Shown here piece by piece: positions 11,424 through 24,935 of a stretch of 64,000 nt of DNA. The stretch lies in NCBI RefSeq assembly GCF_009914755.1, contig NC_060931.1; one strand, written 5' to 3'. Both the position numbers and the translations under genes were made by a program. The notes under the pieces were generated by a model. That model did not search any database and was not told the DNA's origin. It saw nothing but the letters and a program-made list of their open reading frames with translations. This DNA comes from the human T2T-CHM13v2.0 reference genome, Homo sapiens. Within the stretch, counting starts at the first letter, position 1. Every line of letters starts with the position of its first letter.

Positions 11424-13699
11424 CACATACACACATACAGAAAAAAAATGATGCTGCTTCATGGATATCAGTGTTCTTGACCCCCTTTTCTCAAACTGTA
11501 AAAGAAACATGGGAAAACATAGAAGTGTAAATCTGAGAGATGCTAGAGTAGGTTTTGTCCATATTTGGAAAAATGTAGAATAATACTTGATACTTTTGCT
11601 TTTCAACTTATACTTAACTTGTAGGTGGATTGGCTGAATAACTTCTCTCAGCCTCTATATTAATTTTTAAAAGAAATTCTAGAATAGAGATTGGAAAATC
11701 TGGGTCAAACTATGTAGTTTAGAAAGTTACAATTATCTGTAATTGCTTTATTTCCATGCCCAACTTTTTTTTTAATATGAAAGATATTAAATATAGCTGG
11801 TGTTCTTTTTCCATTTGTAGTGCCACTATTTGGCATTTTGGTGTAAGAAATAGAGTTCAAAATGTTTTTCACACCTTCTAATTTTGTTTCCCAAGATCTG
11901 TTTTTAGGTTAGGTAGACGGACTCCCTTATGAAGTTCCTTCCAGAAGTTTTCATTGTGATATTTTATTTTTGAAAACTGAGCCTCTAGGTGTGGTAATAA
12001 TCAGTGTTGTTTAAAGAGGTACTTTAAGAACTTACCTAAAGAATAACACACAATTCTTTGAATTTAGAACTTGTTATGTTAAAAATGCTTTCTTTTTATT
12101 TGAAAGCTTTTACTTTGCTTCTTTTTTTCCCTTTGCTTTTATTTAGTTTGAAGGATGTTGCTAAGTAATGAAAGATTCAATATTAAATTAATTAAAAAGT
12201 GGTTCAAAAATTAAAAAATGAAGAAAATGGTTTCAAAAAAAACAGACTTTGTAGCCTTATAAAAGTTTGAATCAAGGTTTATATAAAGTTTTGCTAAAAG
12301 TTATTGACATTAGTGGTGGTGGCCATTAGGTTAAATTACCTTGAAAATAGTCTAAGAAACATATTATACTGGGAGATGAAAAGAAATGTACTATTTAGCC
12401 ATATTATTTCTTTCTATAACTGTAAGCAATTGACTTAAGAAGGCAGAAGCTTTCTTAAGTCCTGTGAGTCCACGTACATTCAAATCGCAATTATCAACAC
12501 ACAACAGAGTTTCAGACAACCTATTCTGTTTCGAGTGTATGACTTTGTACAAATCATTTATCATTTCTGGGGTTCAGTATTCTGTATTACATTATGGAGA
12601 AGATTACCATTGAAGATTCTTCCAGCTCTGAAATATTCTGATTAGGTATGTAGTTAAGAAATTCATACCAAGGGTTGGCTCCAGGACTTATTCTTCACCT
12701 GCCAAATTTTTTTTTTAGTTCCTGATACACAGGAGCTCAATGTATCTAGATATCCCTTAAAACAAATTTTTGAATAATAAAATTTAATTAAAAATTTTGC
12801 ATTGCATTCCATTGGCAACATTTCATACTGATTTCACTCAGTCCTATCAATAAGATAATTTCCTTATATTTTTCACATGACTGTTGTTTTAATAGTTGGA
12901 GAAATAGCTATCTCTATATTAAAACATTTCTCAAAGAGTCCACATAGATACCTATAAATTTTAATTACAAATTTAAGAAGAAGAGGTAAATATATAAAAG
13001 CAACATCTATCATTTTCTGCTAGATTGTTCTACTTTTTCTGATTTGTTTTAAATTTTTACACAAAGATTGAATCACTTTTATATGTAACTTTATAGCTAA
13101 TGTGATTAGAAAACATATTGATGCATTATATAAATATTATATGGCCATATGGATTTTTGAAGTGATGTCTGACATACCAAATGTGAATCCATTTTATACA
13201 TTCTTTTATATATAGTCAAGTGATAGCTATATAATAGGCTTAATAAAACAGCAAACAGCTCATTTGTCCTCCCTCTTTCGTCTAATTACCCAACTTTCAC
13301 AAATGAGGAAAATCTAATACCAAATATATCATTGTAAGTAGAAAAGTGTTTTGTTTCACTTTGTTGTTCCTTATTTTTAAAATGTATTCCAAGATTGAAA
13401 GAACTAGAACGTCACGGAGAGTACCAGAAATTTTTGTGCCCACAGACCTTGTAGAAGCTATGTTGGGGGTAGAGTTTGGAGTATGAATAAGCTGGAAGTA
13501 GGGAACCACAATAAATAATGAGATTTTGGTCATTTATTTTTTACATAAGACAATACTGTATGGCTTTTTGAGTCCTGGAATTTTATGACATTCAGAAGAT
13601 GGATGAGAAGAGCATTCCCATTAAGACCATTAAGGCAAGATTGTGAAGGTAATTTTAAGAGGATCAAGAGCCTGTAATACTAGAATCGGATCATTTGAC

Positions 13700-14090
13700 A
13701 CTGTGTCATTAACCTGATACTGCAGCTAATGTTCTCCAGTTTCCTTCTCTCTAAATATGAGGATAATAAAAGTATTTATTTTCTACTTAATAGACGTATA
13801 AGTTTAACACAAATAGTACACTTAAAGCACTTATTTAAAGTATCAAGTAGTTTGTAGTTATAAAATATTGTTTATTGATAAATATAATTTGCATAGATTG
13901 GATTTTAATAAGTGGTATCTATAGTACTAAGTTCCTTAAATCTATTATTTAATCTAAAACTAACAATAACTCTATAGAACAATAGTTAATACCCTTTAGA
14001 GCTGAATTTTACTCATGAGAAAACAGTCTTGTCCATGCCCTACAGATTATTAAGAAATAGAGCCAGAATTTAAAGCTAGGATTGAAGACA
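13700..14090. mobile_element. Two degraded MIR fragments (plus then minus)
   Basis: CCAGTTTCCTTCTCTCTAAATATGAGGATAATAA (plus); TTTTACTCATGAGAAAACAG...AGAGCCAGAATTTAAAGCTAGG (minus). Confidence 0.45.
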
Positions 14091-14629
14091 CCCTAATCTG
14101 CATTTGAGCACCAAGTAAGTCCTAAGAGCCACTTTAAAATGTATTTTGTATATTATAAATATTTAAGTATTATGCTCAAAATTTCATATGTGGTAATCAG
14201 AATTCAAACTAAATCTATGGCTCTTTATGTTTCTGCTTCAAGATAATCAACCCCTGTTACAATATTTCTTCTATAATGTGTATTGAGGCTGAAACAAATC
14301 CATGTAATTTTTATTTTACACAAGATATAGAGTATCTCAAACAAGTGTAAATTCTCAAAAAGCATTTTGAGATTTAATGTTAAGAGTTTTCATCAATGAC
14401 TATAGACATTTTGAAAGAAAGTAGCCCAGCCTGTCTATGGAAGAAAAAGAGAAATAAGCCTATAATTTCTTTTAATCTTACTGTGATCTGAGGTAATCAT
14501 TAACAAATGTTATGTAACTTACTCCCAAGAGAAATTATAAATAAAAGACAGAAAAATCTCCCAACCATGACTCTTTGTGGGATATTATATTAATCAGTGG
14601 TTGGTAGAATGTGCCAAATTATCTTATTT

Positions 14630-14632
<3 letters not shown>

Positions 14633-14665
<33 letters not shown>
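14633..14665. repeat. (CA)n microsatellite
   Basis: About 16 AC units. Confidence 0.97.
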
Positions 14666-14667
<2 letters not shown>

Positions 14668-15261
14668 GCATTTTCTCACTCATCAAGGAAATTATCACCG
14701 TCAACAATTCCATTTGGCTTTACAAATAAGTGTTGCTCCTAAAGTTGCCATTAAATATAGGACCAGTTGATAGATTAAAATAAAGTAAGCTTTTCCTCCA
14801 ACTCATCCATCTCTATTAGCAACGGCAACCTTTTAATGAAGACATTCACACCGTTACTACAATATAACACATGCTGAATTCCTCTAGTGCCTTCCAAATA
14901 GCACACCTGTGTATGATATACAAAAGCCAATAATAGAAAATTGATCTAGGAAGAAACAGTTTTATTTGTTCTGAGGCATGAAACACAGTTTATCATGAGT
15001 AAATTCACGAAAGATTTTATATGATTTTTTTTTCTGAAATAAAATATGGGGAAAACATAAGCAACAAAAATACTAAAGATATAATGGCATTGCATGTGAC
15101 ATGTAGGCAACAGAAACAAAGTTAATAAATAACATAAACAAGTAGCTTTCAAGATTTGACTTGGGTGATAGGAATTGTTCATTATCTAATGTCAGATATT
15201 GCCTAGAGGAAGTGTATTATTTTCATTCATATTTGGATCATCACACATTTACATAAAAAAC

Positions 15262-16100
15262 TGTAGTTGACTGCTAGTTTCAAAAACCTAATTGCAATAG
15301 CCTACACATTAAAAGGTTTATTTTTCTCCTATAACAAGAAGCCCTGTATTAGTCCATTCTCACACTGCTATAAAGACATACCTGAGTCTGGGTAATTTAT
15401 GGAAAAAAAGAGGTTTAATTGACTCACTCTTTCACAGGCTGCCCAGGAAGCATGGCTGGAGCAGCCTCAGGAGACTTACAATCATGGCGGAAGGCGAAGG
15501 GGAAGCAGGCACATCTTTACATGATGAAGCAGGGGAGAGAGAGCAAAGTGGAAGGTGCTACACACTTTTAAACAACCAGATATTGTGAGAACTCACTATC
15601 ATGAGAACAGCAAGGGGGACATCTGCCATCATGATCTAATCATGTCCTACCAGGTCCCTGCCCCAACATTGGGAATTACAATTTGACATGAAAATTGGGT
15701 GGGGGCGCAGAGCCAAACCATATCAAGTTCACAGTGGGCAGTTTCTGTCATTTTTTCAGTGGTTCAGGATATTAGGACCAAGTCTCTGTGCTTTTCTGAG
15801 CCTTATATATTATGATCTCAACACGGCTGCTATAGCCTTGTCCAGTCTTGTTTGAGGGAGCTAGAATGAGAATGGGACAAGAGCAGTAAAGTGATGCCCC
15901 CTCAACTAAATTACAAGAAATTACAGTGCTTTTTCTAAAACCTCATCAAAGGGCTCCTGCTTATATTTCCTTGGCACCCTCATCTCAAAGGAGTTTTATA
16001 CTAAAAAGTTTGCCACTAACCCACATAGAGGAATTTTCTTACTGATGACAAAGATGAGAATACCTGTAGGAGAGACGAGGAGGTATTTTTGTTAACTGCA
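15262..16100 (-). mobile_element. Old ERVL/MaLR-type LTR (LTR33/MLT1-like) hosting the MSTA
   Basis: GGTTTATTTTTCTCCTATAACAAGAAG before the MSTA continues as AGTTCACAGTGGGCAG...CACGGCTGCTATAG after it. Confidence 0.4.
15345..15725 (-). mobile_element. MSTA solo LTR (ERVL-MaLR)
   Basis: TGTATTAGTCCATTCTCACACTGCTATAAAG ... GAGCCAAACCATATCA; degenerate 5-bp TSD AGCCC/AGTTC. Confidence 0.92.
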
Positions 16101-16244
16101 CCCTAGCGAAACTTACTTCACAACTGATACAGAGAAAAGTGTATATAATTTAAACGTTGTATTTATTATAAAATTATGGATGGGTAATGAGCATGAGTTT
16201 ATTTATCAGATGAGAATTGTGAGATTTAAAAGTTAGTATTTCCC

Positions 16245-16538
16245 AGCCAGGCGTGGTGGCTCGCACCTGTAATCCCGGCACTTTGGGAGGCCGAGGTGGG
16301 CAGATCACCTGAGGTCAGGATTTCAAGACCAGCCTGACCAACATGTTGAAACTGCATCTCTACAAAAATACACAAATTAGCCAGGCATGATGGTGGGTGC
16401 CTGTAATCCCAGCTACTCAGGAGGCAGAGGCAGGAGAATCACTTGAACACGGGAGGCGGAGGTTGTAGTGAGTCGAGATGGTGCCACTACACTCCAGCCT
16501 GGGCGACAGAGCAAGACTCTGTCTCAAAAAAAAAAAAA
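16245..16538 (+). mobile_element. AluSx-like
   Basis: Full Alu with CACCTGAGGTCAGG; TSD AAAAGTTAGTATTTCCC(A) at 16228-16245 and 16539-16556 at a TT|AAAA endonuclease site. Confidence 0.97.
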
Positions 16539-19500
16539 AAAAGTTAGTATTTCCCATCAATCTGGTAAAACACATTATAAAAAATAAAAGTGGAAATTAA
16601 CTTAGCCAGTTAAAGCAACTTATTACAAGCATCAGTTTCAAGTTTTCATAAAAGAATTTTAATATTCTTCACACTTATTCTAATGTTATTAGTTAGCTTT
16701 TAAAGAAACGGTTATCTACCTACAACAGAATAGTTCCACAATAGTTCCACAAATACACCTATTTACAAACTAAAAATAAAAATTAAGTTAAATAAAATTG
16801 TTATATATAATATGTATTTATGTATATATGATTCAAGTTAGAAACAGAACAACTTTACATGGCACTCAAACTTTCTAATGTCAAAATAGTCTTCAATTTG
16901 ACTTAACATATTACTTTCAAAAGTAAAATATCCAAGTTGGACAAATTAATGAATAATAAGTAGTGGGAAGTAGACCCTTAAACTGATTTACTTCAGAAGC
17001 TTCATTATGTATTTCTCACCCTCCTTTATATGTTGCTTTATCATTTAAACTATAAACGGTGTAAGAGTTTATGGACACATGGGGATAAAACAGATTATTT
17101 TATGCAACTATAAAATTTGTAAAGAAAAATTACTCACAAATGTCAGCATGTGTGTCATACTTTATTCATTCGTAAAATTAGTATATAGAACAATAAAACC
17201 TAAAATTTTATTAAATATAAAAATGTATACTATGCACATTAAATTTTATATTTTCAATTTTGTTCTTTTTGCAAGAAAATTTTGCTACTTAATAAAAGAT
17301 TATCTGATATGATGTATATATTTGAAGGCTGACTGAGTGAGTGATATGTTGGAAATATTTTCTTGCTAAATATGTTTTCAGTTACTTAAAAGATGCAATA
17401 AGTTGTAAGGCCTTAATATAGTTGCAGTACTAATGTAATCTATTTGGTCCTTTCTGCAATAGATGGAAATAAGTGACTAAGAAATTAACAAAGTATAAGT
17501 CCTTCTGGAAATTCAAGATAATAAAGAGCAACTTTATTTAATATTCCACAAATGTTCTATTTACATTATGCATCCTGATTAAGTGCCAGAACACTTTTTA
17601 TTCAGTAAATATGACTGCACCCATTTTCTTACATTACATTTTACAGAAGACAGATGGCCCCAGCATGTGTTCCCTCTTGGAATATGATCTAAATTCCTGA
17701 TTCCAATGAGTATGCATGTATATGTTTGCATGTGGATGTGGATGTACATCAAATAGAAATGTATTCTTTGACACCACACATTTTTGTCTCATGATGGAAG
17801 AAAAAATGTTATTATTAAAAACAAATAATTACAGAGTAAATAAAGAATTCTGATTTTTTATGAAATTGCACATTTCATAGAAATGGGAGTGAAGGGCTTT
17901 CCAAACTTTCTGAAGTAGATTTTTGTAAATGTTCTTTATCCCCAAATTTTAGTGTTGGATAGTCCCTTAGAGGTCATCTAGTGACTAAGCCCTTCGTAAG
18001 GAAAGGCCTTGATGCCTTAGCCGGGAGGTTTTAAGTGTATGAACAAGGTCACAAAAGCAGAGGCAGAGGACTTTCGTTTTGGGTGATAAAGCACATTATT
18101 CCAGTCTTTACAAGCAGGAAAAAGCTAGGCAATCTGAAAATTAATTCTTTTTTAAGCCATCAAATAACTAAAATCCCAGAGCAACCAAATAACCAAAACT
18201 CCAGGGAGAGACAGGCATTTGCAGGCAGAAAGATTCTGACTGCAAAATTGCTTCTGGAACACATGCCATAAGACTCCATAGAAGCCTATACAAAGATACA
18301 TCTAAAGGTTTTCAATTAACTGTTAAATATTGAATGCACGTGTATGAGAGTGAAACCTCTGGGAACATGTGTAAAGAGGCTCACACTCTTGTAGGCTTTG
18401 CCTCCACAAATGCCACACACAACATTCATAAAGAAAATCACAGAGAACCCTTAGAAAATGCTGAAGCTCTGTCACATTGGGAGGATAGGAGTGGTTGTCA
18501 GATGCCATTGCTACAACTCCAGCCAGACCGTTCCATCTTTCCTACAGATAACAGCCTTGATCTCCGGGGAAGGACAAAAAAACTTACCACTTTAGGGCAC
18601 TGGTAGAAAACGACTGCAGCTGGGACAACCACAGGGTGAAAAAGCATTACCTCTGAGGATGATCAGGGTGCATGCCATTCCAACCTCTAGTATTTGAGGA
18701 AATGCAAGAGAAGTTGCAAAGGGCATACTACTGAGGCCCAGGGACACAGTACCATCCTAAAACTGTGGCTTAATCTCAGCGTCCCTCCTTCTCACCCACG
18801 TGATTACAAGCCTTTAGAAAACAACAGTGGAATACAGCTGGGAGGTCTGCAAGAGATATTTTTTCTTGTAATGCAAGAAATGCAATATAATGTAATGCAA
18901 TGTAGTGTAATGCAAAAGAAAGACCCAAACCAACATGGGGAAAGAGCCATTGACAAAAACAATACTCTGGCAGTCTACCTGATCAAAGGACTTTGAAGCC
19001 TGTGTGTGACACCTTAATGGGTGTGACTAAGTATGACCATTCCAACCAACTTCAAATCCAGCCTAATCCCTAATAGGATTACATAAACCAACACCTTGCT
19101 GGCCTAGTACAAATTTCTCTAAGAATAAAACATTCTTACTTTCAGTAACTACTCTCCTTCATAAGATGTCAGTTTTTAACAAAAAATTATAAGGCAAACA
19201 ACAAGGCAAAAGAGAGAAAACAATCATCAAAGCAGACTTAGATATGCCCAGGCAAGTATTCTTAAGAATATGATTACTATGTTAAAGGTTCTAATGAAAA
19301 AGAGAGACAACATGTAAGATCAGATACATCATTTCAGCAGACTGAGGGACACAGTAAGAAAAAATTCAAATGGAAATACTAAATATTAAAAACATGGTAA
19401 CATGAAAAATATATGAATAACAGTGAAGAATAATGCCTTCAGCACATTCATTGGTAGATTTGTCATGCCTGAAGAAATGATTGGTAAAATCACCCAAATG

Positions 19501-21843
19501 AACATAAAAAAATAAGACCATAAAGGAAAAGAAACAAAACAGAAAACAACAACAACAAAATATAGTCTCCAGGAGCTGTGTGAAAATACCAGTTTTACAT
19601 TCGCATAATTGAAATTCAAGAAGGAGAAGAAAGGGAAAATGAAGTAGATAAAATATATAAAGAAATAATGTTGAAGAATTTTGCAAAATTAATGGCAGAC
19701 ACCGAACCACAGACCCAAGAAGCTCAGAGAGCACTAAGTAGAAAAATAAACACAGATATATGTTATATTCAAGATGTTAAAAATTGAGTCAAATACAACA
19801 TATTGAGAGAAGTCAGATAATAAGCACATATTACCTGTACAGAAACAAAAATGAGAATTTCAGCTCACTCCCATTAAAAACAAAACAACAAACAAAAAAC
19901 AGGTAACCAGGAATGAAATAAAGTAACACTTAAGTATTGAAAGAAGAAAAAGTAAACCCAGAATTCTATATATAGTAAAAATATCTTTCAAAAAGTTGGA
20001 TAAATGCCTTCTAAAACAAACAAAAGAACTTCATTTTACTTCCATTTATTTTCATTTCCAATTCTTTACACTCTTCATGTAAAATTTCTGATTAAAATTA
20101 TGTTTCTTCTGCCTAAAACATTTCTTTTAAACTTAATTTATCAAGATATAATTAATAAATTATATCTGCTGAGTTATAAAGAACATCCAGATACACATTC
20201 TTTTCAAAAATATTTAACAAGAGAGAGCCTGTTGTGGGTCATAACTTATATTATGAACTATAAACTTTAAAATTTATATTATGAACTTTTTGAAAAGTGT
20301 ATATCTGCATGTTCTTCACTGACACATTTTATAAACGTCAATTAGGTCAATTTGGTTGATAATGTAGTTCAGAATATGTGTATCCTTACTGGTTATATGT
20401 ATCCTTACACAATTATAATAAATTAAAGTGGAAAGCACTGACATAATAATACATTTTAAAATTCCCAAATATTTAGAAATTAAGCAACATATTTCTCAAT
20501 AACCCATGGGTTATAGGAAGTTTGGGGAAAATTTGAAATCATTTTGAACTGGATTTTAAAAATACAATATATTAAAATATGTGAGTTGGAGCCAAAACAG
20601 TGCTTAGGAGAAAATGTATAGCATAAAATACTCTTTTAGAACAGAAAGCTGATTTCATATCATGAATTAATTTTCCAATTTAAGCAAGGGGAAGAATATA
20701 AAATAAAAGTCAAATCAGGCAGAATGAAGGAAAATGGGATTTACTAATATTAGAAATCAAAGATGGCACATCATAAGTGATCCCAATAGAATCTAAAAGG
20801 AACTTAAGAGAACCTGCAACAATTACATGCTCATAAATTCAGAAATTTATAGAAATGAATCAATTCTTTCAGAAACAAAGACTGCTAAAATTCACACAAA
20901 TATAATTAGATAACTTTAGGAGTTCTACATTTATTAAATAGTGTGTAGTTGAATATTTTGCATAGATAGAAAACTCCAGGCATGAATGGTTTCAGTGATG
21001 AATTCTACTAAATATTTAGAAAAGAAAGAATATCAATTGTAAAAAAAAATTTCAAAAAAATGGAGAGGGAACATTTCCCAGCTCACTGTCTGAGGTCAGC
21101 AATACTCTAATATCAAAATAAGAAAAAAACTACAAACTATCATCTTGAACAAAAATCCTGAACAAATTTAATCCTTCAAAATATAAAATGGATTAAACAT
21201 CACAACAAATTAGATTTTATCCCAAGAATGAAGAGTTGACTGAATATTTGAAAAGCAAACAATATAATTCACGATATTAACAAATTAATTAGAAAACATG
21301 AATATTTCATAGATACAGAAAAGAAATTGATAAAATATAATGTCAGTTAATGATACCTACAACAAACTGGGACTAGAATACTAGAATGGAACTTCCTTAG
21401 CTTAATATAAGGGATCTATAAAACAACATAACATTGAAAATGTCCAACTTACAGCATTCTTAATTCTGATAAACTGAATAATTTATTACTAAAGTCAGTA
21501 TAAAGGCAAAAATGTCTGCTCTCACCAATCACAGTCAACATTGCTCTCACCACTCATAGTCACCCTTGTTTTTCAAGTCCTACTAAAGGTCATAAGGCAA
21601 GAAACAAAAATAGAAAGCATACTGAATAGAGAAAGAAAATTGCTGTCCATACAGAAAATTCAAATTATCTACCCCAAATAGACAGAACTAATATGCCCAA
21701 TCTGCAATAGAGTTAATTTCTGTATTAAGAATCAATACAGAAAAATTACTCATATTTCTATACATCAGCAATGTACAGTTGGAGTTTGAAATTAAAGCAA
21801 ACAAGCAAACAAGAAACACTATAGCAGCCACAAAAAAATACTT

Positions 21844-22133
21844 AACTGGGTGCGGTGGCTCACGCTTGTAATCCCAGCACTTTAGGAGGCCAAGGCGGGC
21901 AGATCACAAGGTCAGGAGATCGAGACCATCCTGACTAACACGGTGAAACCCCGTCTCTACTAAAAATACAAAAAATTAGCCAGGTGTGGTGGTGGGCGCC
22001 TGTAGTCCCATTCTGAGGCAGGAGAATGGAGTGAAAGAGCTTGCAGTGAGCTGAGATCGCACCACCGCACTCCAGCCTAGGCGGCAGAGCGAGACTCCGT
22101 CTCAAAAAAACAAAACAAACAAACCAACAAAAA
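21844..22133 (+). mobile_element. AluY-like with two small right-arm deletions
   Basis: GGAGATCGAGACCATCCTG..CTAACACGGTGAAACCCCG, GAGCTTGCAGTGAG; tail A/CAAA. Confidence 0.93.
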
Positions 22134-22618
22134 CTTACATATAATTTTTTGTAAAAAAAAAAAAATGTATGCTAGACCTATATGCTGGAATCAAGGAAAC
22201 AATGATGAAGGAAATAAAAGAAAACCTATAAAATGGAGAGATATAGCATGATCATGGATTGTAAGGCTCAATATTTTTAAGCTGTCAATTATATCTAATT
22301 CACCATATAGATTTGGTATAATGCCAATCAAAATCTATGAAAATGTTTTTCTCGGTGTTGACAAAATGATTAAAAATTTATATGGAAATGCAAAGGCACT
22401 AGAATAGACAAACAACTATAAAAAATTGGAGGATTTGGTACTACTGAAATTGAAGACATTATAAAGTCACAGTAAACAAAAGTGTCTTAAGTCTCACAAC
22501 TTGTACAAAAATTAACTCAAAAATATCATAGACCTGCATAAAATAAAAGATTATATAACTTTAGAAGAAAACATAAGAGAAAATTTACATAACCTCAAGT
22601 TTGACAGGTTTTAGATAT

Positions 22619-24286
22619 TGATGGCAGTGGCCACTTCAGAGGGCCTGCCAGTGTCATCATGCTGACTGCAGCAGGTAGACTAGGCCCAAGTTGCACCCAA
22701 GCTGTGGCTACAGATCTATCCTCTCTGTGCTCTTGTGGGGGCCAGGGACAGGCAGGAACCCTGCGCTCTTGGACACAGTGGCAGCCACTGAAACCGTGGC
22801 TGCTGATGCGGGCCTCCTGCTCTGGACCTAGGCCTCATGCTCCAGACCCAGGTCTCCTGCTCCACAGAGCAGGCAGGGACCCCACTCTGTCCCCCACCAT
22901 TCCCACTCCTACCTTTGTTTAAACTGCAGCTGCAGACTCAGGCATCCCTACACTCTTGAGGGCCCGGAAAGCTCCACCAACCCTGCCCTTGCAAGCTGGG
23001 AAGTACCTGTTCCAGCTGCCTGGCTTTTCCCTGCTGTCAGGGCTGCTCCAATCTCAGAGCAGTCAGGCTGAGTCCAGGTGCCATGAATGGTAGCAGAAGG
23101 CAGACAGATTCCTGGGCAGAAGAGGGAGGGCCCACTGTGAGGCCCCACCTTCAGGCCAGGAAGTGTGTGAAGGCTGGGAGCCAGGCTATCAGTCCCATAG
23201 ACTGGATTGGGAACTTGCAGTGCCCCTTCCAGCCGGCCCATGGTCACACATGGACCAATCGGTGTGCACTTTCTCCTCTCTGAGGCCCATAAAAGCCCTG
23301 GACTCAGCCAGAGCTGAGCAGATCACTGGATAACCAGCTGCAGAGAGAAGCTATGCTCTCTGCATATAGCAGGAGACACGAACAAGCAGCTGCAGAGAGA
23401 AACAACCCAATCCAGGGCCTCCTCTCTGCTAGGAGCTGAGGAGATGATGAAGGACCTGCCTACAGGGAGGAGCTACCCTCTCCAAAACCCCTTCTCTGCT
23501 GAGAGCTACAGAGAGGACAGGATGACCTGCCTGCAGAGAGGACCTTTCCACTCCAGGGTCTCCTCTCTGTTAGGAGCTGAACATTTGTTGGGACATGCTG
23601 ACTGTGGAAAGGAGCTACCCGCTATGGGTTTCATTTGAGCTGTCCTATTGTTCAATAAAGCTCCTCTTCATTTTGTTCACCTTCCACCTGTCTGCATACT
23701 TCATTCTTCCTGGTTGCAGGACAACGACTCAGGACCTGCTGAATGGTGGAGTTAAAAGAGGTATAACACAAACAGGGCTGAAACAAACCCCTTGCTCACC
23801 ATGTTGTGGGTGAAGAGAAGCAGAGAAAAGTTGCCTCCCCTCAGGGAGCTGAGACCAGAAAGCTCCAAGAGCCGGGGCTGTGGCTCTTTCTTTGGGGTCC
23901 TGTGGTGCCTGTCATGTCCGAGCTTCTGGGTGCCATTGTGTTTCCCAGTGACAGCTGGGGAGGCTGCTTGCAGTGTGCCTGGTCCAGCTGCAGCCCTGCA
24001 GAGAGCTGGTGCCTATGCTGGCACCTGGAGCTGCCTGCCCTGCTGCAGCAGCCAGTGTGTCTGGCTGCAAAGTGGCCAGACCCCACACTCGCTCACACAT
24101 CCCTCACCATTCCACACCTGACTCGCCCTTGGCAGGCATGGGATCCAGGCTGGTAGCATGAGCTGAGCACAGCCTGCCAGGCCAAGTGGGCAGAAAGAGC
24201 CCAGTGGGCCCAAGAAAACTTGGGCAAAGGCATCACTGGGCAGAGGTTTCAGGCCAGAAAAGTGACACCCCAAGAATCCTATAACA
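22619..24286 (+). mobile_element. MER52-family (ERV1) solo LTR, ~1.67 kb
   Basis: TG...CA termini (TGATGGCAG ... GACACCCCAAGAATCCTATAACA), perfect 4-bp TSD ATAT (22615-22618, 24287-24290), internal CATAAAA (23288-23294) and AATAAA (23654-23659). Confidence 0.88.
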
Positions 24287-24499
24287 ATATGACACCAGGC
24301 TTAAGTCTTAAGTTTTCAAAATTTGATAGATTTGACTTTTTATATTATCCTAAATTGTTATGTGAAACACCTTTTTAAAAGTCTGAAAAAATAAGCAACA
24401 GACTCAAAGAACATATATGCAGTTAACATATCTCATAATAATGTTTATCCAGAGTATATTTAAATCTTTAAAAATTTAATCATAAGAAAACAACCAGAT

Positions 24500-24935
24500 A
24501 ACACCCTTCTAAGGATTTGGGGCTGAGTTTTTGTTTTTCTAGTTATTTCAGGTGTGGTTTATTTGAGATCTTTATTTTTATTTATAGGTGTTTATTGCTA
24601 TGAACTTCCGTCTTAGAACTGCTTTTGCTGTATCTCATAAGTTTGGGTATGTTGTGTTTCCATTTTCATTTAGGAGAAATAAGTTTAAGAGATCTGTTAT
24701 ATAGCATAATGACTATAGTTAATGATATATTGTATTCTTGAAAAATGCTAAGAGTAAATATTGTGTTCTCACTAGAACTATGTGAGGTGATGCATATATG
24801 TTACTTAGCTGGATCTAACCTTTTCACAATGTATATTACTTTAAAACATCTTGTTGTACAAATAAATACAATTTTGTCTGTCAAGTTAAATAAATATACA
24901 GGTAGGTGATAGATAGATGATAGACAAATGCACTG
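24500..24935. mobile_element. L1MA insertion: inverted ORF2 piece (about 24500-24672) plus sense 3'UTR (about 24672-24895)
   Basis: Antisense ORF2 motif ACTGCTTTTGCTGTATCTCATAAGTTTGGGTATGTTGTG followed by the L1MA 3' end AGGAGAAATAAGTTTAAGAGATCT...ATGTGAGGTGATG. Confidence 0.65.

Noticed and set aside
22659-24273. Dense cluster of overlapping ORFs on both strands
   Set aside because: Expected from the GC-rich, stop-poor MER52 LTR; no recognisable domain
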